Position numbers and translations under genes: made by a program. The notes under the pieces are model-generated. The model did no database searches. It was given only the letters and a program-made list of their open reading frames with translations, and was not told the DNA's origin. From contig NC_092386.1 in assembly GCF_030028105.1 (NCBI RefSeq), forward strand, positions 17,291,258 through 17,355,257: a DNA stretch of 64,000 nt, written 5' to 3'. Of this stretch, positions 37,876 through 48,309 are shown one piece after another (within the stretch, counting starts at the first letter, position 1; every line of letters begins with the position of its first letter). Origin of the DNA: Mobula birostris (lineage: Eukaryota).

Positions 37876-38697
37876 ACGATTTTCAGTTGTAGTTTTTTAA
37901 AATCATTTGCCTCTTTCTTCTACTGTGGCATCAAGTTAGTGCTATAATATATTTCAAATACGATATTAAAATGCCTTGCCTAGAATGCTTCCAATTAAAC
38001 TCTCTTCATTATGTTTATTGTGTTTTTCCCCGCAGATGCTGACTGACCTTCTAGGTATTTTCTTGTTCTCTTTAAGTTCATGTGTTACATTTTCTCTACT
38101 CATTTTAACGGAAAAAGTAGACTTGAGTAACAAGCAGGGAACTCTAGTTTATAAGAAAAGTATTGAAAGGGGGAAATAAATCTCTCCAAAATTATTCACT
38201 TTTTAAAGTGACTACAACCATAGAAATAATGTCAAGTGTAATTTGGTGTTAACATTCTTGGCCCCACATCAGCTAGTTTGGATTCTAAAGTACACAATTT
38301 AAAATAACTTCCAGAGCAATAGTACAGTGATGCTGCTCTTATTTAACTTTGCTGTTTTTTCTTCAACTAGTGCTTAAGAATAGATACTGCACCTCAAAAA
38401 CACATTTTTGGTGTGAGGTGGGGAAGGTTTTATGTAATTACAGTTATTTTATATACACTTCGATTAAGTTTTCTGAAATGTGAATAACTGTAAAATACTA
38501 ACATGGAGACTAGTCGGCTTATGCATTTAACGTAATTGTTGTTGTCTTGTTTTGTCCCTTATTACAAAGGTTTGGAATTTGTTTTGAAAGTTTCCAGTGT
38601 ACTTCCATACTCTGAATGAACTGTAATCACTTATCCTGATCGTTTCTGTTAAAGATTTATTTGCATTCCAAAATAAATTATGCATATCAATATGACA

Positions 38698-38875
38698 GGG
38701 GTATAGGGGGCTCTGGATAGAGGTAGTACCTTTGATATCTGGCATGCTGCTCCCTACTAGACAGGGTGGACGGGCATCATTGGTACTCATCCATCTCCTA
38801 AATCTCTCACGGGTTGGCTCCAAGCGCCATACCCTGGTAAACCGCTTCAGCTGGCGGGCTAAAACACGTGAGAGG
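38698..38875 (+). ncRNA. HDV-like self-cleaving ribozyme (nested double pseudoknot)
   Basis: P1 GGGGUAU (38698-704)/AUACCCU (38829-835) with G1.U wobble. P2 CUCUCACGGGUU (38804-815)/AACACGUGAGAG (38863-874), 1 mismatch. P3 GGC/GCC, L3 UCCAAGC, P1.1 CC/GG (38836-37). P4 CCGCU/GGCGG. J4/2 GCUAA with catalytic C at 38859. Confidence 0.85.
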
Positions 38876-39169
38876 GTGATATTAACACGGCACCACTGGG
38901 CGAAAGACTTCCATGATGAAGTCACCGGCCGGGGCGGAAAAGTTCTCAGATGAACTATAACGGCCACGTGTTCACGACCAAGGCAAGCCAGCTAGTTGGA
39001 GGAAATCGGCTGTGGTCAAACCTGGAGAGGGATGGGCTCCACCAGGTTTCAGATGCCCAAGACACGCCACATGATGAGCACACCAAACTGGTGCAAAGCT
39101 TGTCATGACAGCGCCCCAACGACTCCATCAGGAGTTAAGGGCGCATGAAGAAGAAGAAGAAAGAAGAAG
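38698..39169 (+). mobile_element. 472-bp non-autonomous RTE/RTEX-like retroelement with a 5' HDV-like ribozyme
   Basis: TSD ATCAAT(A/C)TGACA at 38686-38697 and 39170-39181; (GAA)n tail; no RT ORF; no Pol III A/B boxes seen. Confidence 0.8.
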
Positions 39170-40547
39170 ATCAATCTGACACAGTGATTTAAAAAATTAC
39201 GGAGTACCCATGAGATGCTTCAATGGAAAAATCTTAATGGCACAGATCAGAGAGGCATAAAGCTCATTTCAGGCTATGCTAAGTCAGAGTATCTCAGCAA
39301 GCAGGTGGAGTGGAGGACAGATTGGTTTCCTGTGTCTTACCACTATCCAAGAATAATTTCCTGGAAAATAATGTTTAAGTTTTTGAATGAGGATGGGTTT
39401 TAACATAATTTATTTTAAAGTTGACTATCAGTAGATCAGAAAATTTCTATATTACATTGCATCAACTATTTGAATATTTGAAGTTAATTTATTGTACATA
39501 ATCACAATTATAGTGGTTTCAAATATATCACTAGCAGCATACAATTGACATAATAACACCAGAAGATGTTATATAAATATTAATCGTGTGCTGCTGTTAT
39601 TAATTTCATCACACATTCTTGAACAATTGCACATTGTAACACTGAATACAAAATTTACATATTAAAAATCCTGGCTCAATCAGACTATTTTCAATTTGAA
39701 AATTTGCATTTGGAACTAATGAAGAATTTATGCTGCTTCATAATTCATTGTTGGCCTTATATTTGAAATGATGGAACAGATATATATGTAATTTACATTT
39801 CATTTTTATCACAACTTGGTTCCTGCTGTTATGTGGTTTACTTATTTTTCACGAAGTATGGTTAACCATAAAAGTATGGTTGCCAACAACAAAGCAAAAT
39901 AGCACTAACTCCCTGATAAAGCAGTGTTTCTATTTTGAGACCATATTGGTCCTTTTTGTTTCGAACTGATAAATGTACAAGTTTAAAGTTTGAAGTTCAA
40001 TCTCTGATATTTATAAGGGTAAATATAGACATGAAATCAATGAATTCTGCTTCTTTAATTGTTTGATAGAAATCTGAAATCGTCTTTTCTAGTAAAATTT
40101 GGAATGCTATTTTCCATACATTACCACTTTGCATTTACTATTGAATAGGAAGGCTCCTGAATTATTCGATTATCCTTTTAAAATTGGAAATGATAGTAAT
40201 CAGGATCAGAAGTAATGCCAAAAACCTACTAATACTGGGAAGTTGAAGAAACGAAAATTCTGCCTGTGTATAGGTGGCTTACTCTCTGCATGGTCAGCAA
40301 GGTAGTAGGTGAGGATGTTTCAAGGCTTACTTACATGATTTTTGAACATAAGCTAACTTTCTTGCTATTTTCCCTGGCTGCATGCAGCTGAGAATTATGG
40401 TTTCCCAGCTTTACCACCTCACTGAAGCTACAAGTGTCCAACCTTTTTTTTTCCCATCTAGTATATTGAGGAAGCCAGCTTCAGAGGCACAACATATAGC
40501 CGTGCAAATACATTTTATATATATACATAAGCGCACATACATACAAC

Positions 40548-40683
40548 NNNNNNNNNNNNNNNNNNNNNNNNNNNNNNNNNNNNNNNNNNNNNNNNNNNNN
40601 NNNNNNNNNNNNNNNNNNNNNNNNNNNNNNNNNNNNNNNNNNNNNNNNNNNNNNNNNNNNNNNNNNNNNNNNNNNNNNNNNNN
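40548..40683. other. Assembly gap (136 N) inside an AT/AC-rich tandem repeat
   Basis: Both flanks carry the unit AAATA(C/T)ATTTTATATATATACAT...CACATA. Confidence 0.95.
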
Positions 40684-42559
40684 AAATATATTTTATATAT
40701 ATACATGAACACACATAACATACACACATAAAAGAGGCATCCTTCCCGATGCACTAAATTAGCTAACATTATTTTATTTTGCAGATGGCACTATTACAAA
40801 AAGGGTAAAAAGCTGATAATCTAATTGCCCGTGAGACATTATTTGTCAGTGCTAAACACCGTCAGGCAAAACTGCACGACCGTAGATCTCTCCGGGGTTT
40901 TAACAAAAGTCAGGTTGATATCCGATAGCTTTAAATTGATATCGTCAAACAGTAACTACAATACGTTAACAATAGTGACGAGACTACAAATAAAACTCGC
41001 TCGATTAGACGTGACAGTAAACAATGTTGGATGCAATACTTTTTTTCTCTCTTCTGGATATCATGATGTGGCCACTGTATGATAGCGATTCCGAAAAAAA
41101 GCTGGACATTTACTTTATATTTGTATAAACTGAGTTTGATTTATCCTCTTAGCCCATCAGTCTTCGAATCCTGAATACATTTTTCCTTTGGAGTATCCAA
41201 ACAACAAAAAAGTATGAAAAGTTAACGATATTTCTAAGAAAGTTTAACAAGATTCATTTTCGTCATTTTAAATTCTATGCTGTTCAAGTTCTTATGATTT
41301 TGATGAAAGTAAAAATGCGTCAACATGCCAAATATAAGCAACCCAACGCTATTTACTTACAGAGTCGAGGGTGTTGTAGAAAACGCTCCGTTAATTTCAA
41401 CTTCTATCCAAGTCTTGATGAAGCAGAAAAGTTGATTGATTGGTGCTCCACAGAGCGAAGAAAAAAAGTTTTCGCCATGAGATACTAATGCAAAAAAAAA
41501 GGTTGTATGCACAAATCTACGGAAAAAGAGCTAGAGTTTATCACGCATTGCCTTGTAAGGAGCACTTTCTCATCCGCGTATCATTGCTTTTCGTTTATAA
41601 AGTGCGCACAACGTTCCTGCTTTGCGCCGCTTTGTGGCAGTTGGCACTCTCGGGGCGAACAGCGGGAAGCGAAGACCTCACTTTCCCGGGATGCAGCCGT
41701 CCAGGTGGCAGATAGAAGGGGAGTCGGCAGCTGCTGCCCTGATTATTCCTCACGGACGAGCTGGTACACAATCTAATACTGAAGGCTGATATTTCAGCAA
41801 TATTAAATTAAAATGAAGTCTGTTTAACCTTAAATTTTAATCGTAACTTGGAGCAAAATAAATTGCAAGCGCCCATCAAACACGCACAGATTTGCTACAT
41901 GCACGACAGAGCTGGAAAGACATCTGGAGTTTCACAATTGTGCTTATGTCAACTATTTCATATTACGTATAACATTGCGATTTTATTAATTCAATATTTA
42001 CAAGCTGTCCGTGACTCGAAAAGTCACGTATGATCCCCAGAGCTACCTCGAAAAAAGTCAGAATTTCATATTTTATGTGTCATGCTTTTTAAATCAAATT
42101 ATAAACACTTTAGAAAGTGAGCTTCGCGCATACTGCAGTTCTGGCGAGTAATACGTTTGTTTACCTTTTGAGATTTATATTAAAAATACAAATACTGATT
42201 TTGGCAACAATTCCACCCTCGTTCGGAGTTCGATGAAACTTCAAAACATGATTAACTGACACATTTCGTGCCAGCTAATTTCCTAAATAATAAAATGAAG
42301 CGTAATCGCTTCCTAATCTAGTAATAATCCCCAATAGCTCAATGTTAACTAGCACAACCCAGATATTCAATTAATCCCGGTCATCTGTTCAGTATGCAAT
42401 TTTTAAAAAAATATCGTTTCAATACATATGAACGCTAAGTCATCTCGGCTTGATTAGATTGCTAAACGTCTTTGAAACCCATTGATTTTTTTTCAGGATA
42501 GCGGCACAAATTTGAATGGATCGAATTTCATCAACAAATCTAACTATGTTCAGTTCGAT

Positions 42560-43050
42560 TGACCATAGGACGTAGGAGCAGAATTAGGCCATTCGGCCCA
42601 CGGAGTCTGCTCCGCCATTGTGATCGAATTTACTATCCCTCTCAAACCCACTACCTTTACTGAACTCTACTGGCTTCTCCGCTCGAATCAAAAACCTGTC
42701 AATTCTCCGCTTTAAGTATACAGTACTCAATGATTCGGCTTCCAGAACCGTCTCCGGCAATGAATTCCACAGATTTACCACCCTCTGGCTAAAGAAATCC
42801 CTCGTCATCTCTGTTCTAAATGTCTTTGCTTAAATCGAGATCTAATAGAATGTATCCTGAGCACTTATGAGTAATTTAATCTGTATAAATGTGCTCGCTC
42901 TTTATGCATTTAGCAAACAGATCACATCATAATGTGCACTTCACCAGTCGCTGTGACCTCAGAGCAAGCGTCCCTGACCTTTTTTGACGTCATGGACCCC
43001 TAGCGTTTACCAAATGGTCTGTGGACCCCAGGTCAGGAAACGCTGCCCTA
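42560..43050. mobile_element. CR1 3' end (42560-42825, minus) and small hAT-like MITE (~42964-43046)
   Basis: ORF 42584-42808 (FFSQRVVNLWNSLPE). The MITE has inverted termini AGCGTCCCTGACCT / AGGTCAGGAAACGCT. Confidence 0.7.
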
Positions 43051-43097
43051 GGGGAACAGATTTATAGTAATGTCAGCAAAAGGCAATCGAGGCAGTG

Positions 43098-43329
43098 GAT
43101 CAAAGTAGCTGGTGAACGCAGCAGGACAGGCAGCATCTCTAGGAAGAGGTGCAGTCGAGGTTTCATGCTGAGACCCTTAGTCAGGACTAACTGAAGTCCT
43201 GACGAAGGGTCTCGGCCTGAAACGTCGACTGTACCTCTTCCTAGAGATGCTGCCTGGCCTGCTGCGTTCACCAGCTACTTTGATGTGTGTTGCTTGAATT
43301 TCCAGCATCTGCGGAATTCCTGTTGTTTG
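43098..43329. mobile_element. 232-bp fold-back Penelope-derived element
   Basis: 90-bp inverted arms (43099-43188 / 43195-43284) with a 6-nt spacer; perfect 10-bp TSD CGAGGCAGTG (43088-97, 43330-39). Confidence 0.9.
43195..43230 (+). ncRNA. Minimal type I hammerhead ribozyme (intact core, GUC triplet)
   Basis: AGTC-CTGACGA-AGG gtctcgg CCT-GAAAC-GTC-GACT. Confidence 0.8.
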
Positions 43330-43392
43330 CGAGGCAGTGAATGTTCGCTGCAAAGCCCCACAGATAACCTTCTAAAAAATTACTAGCTAATT

Positions 43393-45020
43393 TACATTGA
43401 GTGGCCATTTTATTAGGTGTTTCCTGTATGTAATAAAATGGCTACTGCGTGTGGGTTCATGGTCTTCTGCTGTTGTAGACCATCCACTTAAAAGTTCGAT
43501 GTGCTGTGTATTCAGAGATGCTCACCTAAGTACCAGCGTTGTAACATCGTGGTTACTCGAGTTACTGTGCCTTCCTGTCAGTTTAAACCACTCTTGCCAT
43601 TCTCCTCTGACTTCTCACACAAACAAAGCATTTTTTGCCCACAGAACGGCTATTCACCGGACGTATTTTGTATTTTGAACCGTTCTCTGTAAACTCCAGA
43701 GATGTTGTCTGTGAAAATCTCAGGATATCGGCAATTTCTGAGATACTCAAACCATCCCATCTGACACCAGCAAACATTCCATTGTCAAAGTCATCTAGAT
43801 CACAATTCTTCCCCATTCTGTTGTTTGGTCTGAACAACTGAGCCTTTTCTTTTCCTTTTGACTTTTTATGGCTGTTGGCAGTCCAACAAAGGTGCATTAC
43901 TACCACCAACTGAACTGGAGTGTGGTGTAGAGGGTTGGGAAAAATAACGCATACTTCTCTTTTAAACAAAAGCCAAATTAACCCAATAAGCCCTATAGAT
44001 TGTAAATAATGAAGGAAGATACCTTGAATTGAATTAAAATCACTCTCATAACAAAATAAAGTTTTTAAATGAAAACTATCAACCCAAAAGATTGTAGTGA
44101 AGCATGCATTTGTTTTCTGTCAACCTTGTATGCTTCACACTGTAATAGTGCATGTTCAACTGTTTCATGATGATGACAAAACCTGCGCAACCCAGAATGA
44201 TGTTTTCCAACAAAATACAAGGAATAATTAAGCATAGTATGTCCAATTCTATGTCATGTCCAAATAATGCCTTCCTTTCTTATCTTACCTCCTTCTGCCA
44301 TAAACCCAAGTTTTGTGTATTCTATAAAGGCATCTTCTCTTATGCCCATTATCCCACAGATCTTGCCATAACCCTCCACTTCTTAACCCTACTAACCCCT
44401 GAGCTTCTCATTTGTTAAGTGGAAGTTGTATATCCATGGCTGAATGTTTTTTTTTTAGTTAAACAGTCAACCCGCTCATTCCCCTCAACTCTCCTATGGA
44501 CATGGACCCAAATGTATCAGCCAATGCTTTGAAGATGAAATAATGTTTGATAAGCTTCCAACAGTAAATCTGATCTACTGCTAGAATGACCTGTTTTAAG
44601 ACTCAAAACTGAAAAAGGAATCTGAACAAATTACAAGTTTCTTCCACTCACTATAAGCCTAAAATAATGACAACCAATTCTGCTGTATATACTGATAAAT
44701 GGTTAGTAAGTCATTTCTTTATCATGGCCTGTAATTCAGGCACAAAAAAAGCCATACCAACATTTCCAGTTAAATTATCTTTTGACCCATCTGTAAAAAT
44801 GGTTAACAAACCCTACTAATTTTCCTTCATATATTGATGACTCTCAGTCATAACAGAATCCTTAGGCTTTATTAAATCATGTAACTAAAGTCAACTGAAC
44901 CTTTGGATCATGTGTACATACTTTTATGCACTGAGTTGCTGCCGCATGATTGGTTGATTAGATATTTGCATTAAAAATTAGGTGCACAGGTGTATCTAAT
45001 AAAATGGCCATTGCATGTAT
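43393..45020 (-). mobile_element. Tc1-like non-autonomous element split by a Nimb/I LINE
   Basis: TIRs at ~43393 and ~45000-45020; the internal sequence resumes across the insert. Confidence 0.7.
43842..44891 (-). mobile_element. I-group (Nimb-like) LINE 3' fragment with RNase H and zinc knuckle
   Basis: Manual translation: IFTDGSKD..SVYTAEL..WVHVHRRVEGNERVD (RNase H) and RIGHTMLNYSLYFVGKHHSGLRRFCHHHETVEHALLQC. TSD CAACTGA (43835-41, 44892-98). Confidence 0.85.
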
Positions 45021-45357
45021 TTTGATATTGTAGGTTGAGGAATACGTATTGGCATGACATTTAGGGATCTTCCTTATTTTCGGTCCATATTTCCTTATGA
45101 CATAGAGGAGGCTATGCAGTCCATTGACTGACTAACAGAACAACCCAATTCTCCAAGTAATATTCCCTATGACCTCATCTCCCTAAACCTCATCAACTTG
45201 CTCAGATGGTACTTATTACCCATTAGGGCCAATTAAGAGTAGCTATTAAACCTTCCTAATTTATTGTATAGAGTGTTTAATGTCAACTGAGTAAGTCAGT
45301 CATATGGCATCCCTCCAGAAATACTCTGTCAGCGTTTTTCAACTCAATGTATTCCAA

Positions 45358-45406
45358 TGTATCCCTGATGAAGATGACAGAGTTTGTCATCGAAACATCA
45401 GTTATA
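45358..45406 (+). ncRNA. Second-family minimal hammerhead ribozyme (partly decayed)
   Basis: TGTATCC-CTGATGA-A-GATGACA gagtt TGTCATC-GAAAC-ATC-AGTTATA: perfect 7-bp stem II; ATC/AGTT explained as CpG decay of GTC/GGTT. Confidence 0.7.
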
Positions 45407-45408
45407 AT

Positions 45409-47149
45409 TAAGGCCTCAAAGCATGTCCAATCCCTATGCACCTCCACTCTCCATCAAGAAGGCCTCAAAGCCCTCCGCTACTTTCTGGATAATAGACCTC
45501 ACCAGTTCCCCACCACCACTACCCTCCTCTGTTTGGTGGAACTGGTTCTCACACTCAATAACTTCTCTTTTGGCTCTTCCCACTTTCTTCAGACTAAGGG
45601 TGTGGCTATGGGAACTCGTATGGGCCCCAGCTATGCCCGCCTCTTCGTTGGTTATGTGGAATAGTCTGTGCTCCAAACCTATTCTGGTACTGCTCCCCAA
45701 CTTTTCCTTCGCTACATTGACAACTATATTGGTGCTGCTTCCTGCACCCATGCTGAGCTCGTCAATTTCATCGACTTTACTTCAAACTTCCACCCAGCCC
45801 TCAACTTCACTTGGTCTTTCTTGGACACTTCTCTCCCCTTTCTCGATGCCTCGGTCTCCATCTCTGGAGACAGACTGTCAACTGACATCTTCTACAAGCC
45901 CACTGACTCTCATAACTACCTCAACTATACCTCTTCCCACCCCGCCACATGCAAAAATGCCATTCCCTATTCCCAGTTCCTCCGCCTCTGCTGCATCTGC
46001 TCCCAGGATGAGGCTTTCCGTTCCAGGACATCTCAAATGTCCTCTTTCTTTAAGGATCGTGGTTTCCCTTCTACCGTCATCAATGATGCCCTCACCCGCA
46101 TCTCCTCCATTTCCCGCACTTCAGCCCTCACCCCATCCTCCCGTCACCGCAACAGGGACAGAGTTCCCCTTGTCCTCACCTACCACCCCACCAGCCTCCA
46201 GATCCAACACATTATCCTCTGCAACTTCCGCCACCTTCAACAGGACCCCACCACTAAGCACATCTTTCCCTCTCCACCCTTCTCCACTTTCTGCAGGGAT
46301 CGTTCCCTCCGCGACTCCCTGGTCCACATGTCCATCCCCACGGATCTCCCACCCGGCACTTATCCCTGTAAGCATAAGTGCTACACCTGTCCCTACACCT
46401 CCTCTCTTGCCTCCCTTCAGGTCCCCAAACAGTCCTTCCAGGTGAGGCAACACTTCACTTGTGAGTCTGTTGGGGTCATCTATTGCATCCAGTGCTCCCA
46501 GTGCGGCCTCCTCTACATCGGTGAAACCTGACGCAGATTGGGGGATCACTTCGTCAAGCACCTCCGCTCCGTCCGTCACAACAAACAGTATCTCCCGGTT
46601 GCCACGCACTTCAACTCTGCTTCCCATTCCCATTCGGATATGTCCATACATGGCCTCCTCTACTGCCATGATGAGGCTAAACTCAGGTTGGAGGAGCAAC
46701 ACCTCATATACCATCTAGGTAGTCTCCAGCCCCTTGGTATGAACATAGAATTCTCCAACTTCTGGTAATTTCCTCCCCCTCCCTTCCCCTATCCCTATTT
46801 CACTCTGCCCCCTCCCCCAGCTGCCTATCACTTCCCTCATGTTTCCACCTCCTTCTACTACCCATTGTGTTTCCCCTATTCCTTCTTCACCTTTCCTGCC
46901 TATCCCCTTCCTTACCCCTTTATCTTTCCCCTTACTGGTTTTTCATCTGGAACCTACCAACCTTCTCCTTCCCACCCTCCCCCCACCTTCTTTATAGGGC
47001 CTCTGCCCCTTCCCTCTACAGTCCTGACGAAGGGTTCCGGCCTGAAACATTGACTCATCGTTTCCACGGATGCTGCCTGACCTGCTGAGTTCCTCCAGCG
47101 TGTTGTGAGTGTTGCTTTGACCCCAGCATCTGCAGAGTATTTTGTGTTT
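45409..47149 (+). mobile_element. Penelope-like element (Neptune-type), 5'-truncated, RT + GIY-YIG + terminal repeat
   Basis: One frame broken by stops: GVAMGTRMGPSYA, RYIDN, YKPTD, PCKHKCYTCP, VIYCIQCSQCGLLYIGET, HFNS..QPLGMNIEF. Hammerhead at 47020-47055 (AUU). TSD AGTTATAAT (45400-08, 47150-58). Confidence 0.95.
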
Positions 47150-48309
47150 AGTTATAATCGATACTTGTACCTTGCTGGAAGCCCAAGTAAAGTCTATTTA
47201 TCAATGTATTCCATATTAGAAGGAATCTGTCTTCTCATTCATTTACAGATCAAAGCCTACTTGCTGAGGTGTGCCTCAGATTTTTCGGTCACTGAGGGGC
47301 TTTTCCTGCCTGCGGCAATGTCCTCCTCTTGGTACTCAGCTTGGTACTTGGAAACTCCCTGAGAGAGTTCTCCCTTTGTTCTCCAGTGAGGTACTTTTCC
47401 AGTAGTCTCTCCCCACATCCCTACAAACACAACGTGAAGCACCTTCCCTACTTCTGTGCTCTTCCGATCAGTTTATCAAGCTGTCAGTTTCTCACAGTGG
47501 TCCTCTCTCAACTCCACAATTCTTGTCTTCAAAAAATAGTTGATATCATGAATTAACATCTGGTGTATACTCATACTAGTACACTCAAGCTATTCAATTT
47601 CCTTCTACAACAATTCATGTTCTATCACTGAGTGGTGCCGGAGGATGATACATTTCCAATATCCTTAAATTTTGATATTATTTACTGACCAATGGAAACA
47701 ATATATGGGTTACAAAACCCTGACTTATGGCCACTCAAACAGATGAATGAGCTCCCATAATATTATTAAACTCAGAAGTCCTCTGTATTGTATGTGCAAA
47801 TGTTTCTTCCTAAGACATCAGATTTAGCTTTCTCTCCACTTTTAGTAAACGTTTTTTTTTCTTATCAGTCTTCTATGTTTTTGATGCCATTCCTTACAGT
47901 ATTGTTCAATATGTTTAACATGTCTAGCAACTTTTGTGTACTTTCCGACATGGACAAAATCATGTCTGGTAACACAGAATCCGTTTATTACCCAGGAATG
48001 GTTTATATCACTTTTTATTTCATAATGCTTTGTAATATGCCCTGTACTGCTTAAAAAAAAAGAACTAAAATGTGAAACATCATGGGAAACAAGTCTTAGT
48101 ACTTCTTAGGAGTGAACATTTATCTTCATTACACCTTGTAGTATGACTTGTCCATCAGGAGTACATCAGGAAGTTACTTCACGGGTTAGATCCTTTGCTC
48201 TGATGATTCTTTTCAACATTATTGAACATTGTAAGACTTTTGCAATTACTTTCTAAGCCTCTCACCTACCTTGGCGGGATGAGCAATCATTTATAACGTT
48301 TCGAACATC

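Noticed and set aside
40382-40769. ORFs spanning the N run
   Set aside because: Artefacts of the assembly gap.
45423-46714. 340-aa Ser/Pro-rich alternative-frame ORF and 197-aa antisense ORF over the Penelope element
   Set aside because: By-products of the C-rich codon usage of the RT frame; not intact in the other copies.
47257-47442. 61-aa ORF with EEDIAA, faintly like an HMG-box C-terminus
   Set aside because: The similarity is too short to support a pseudogene call.
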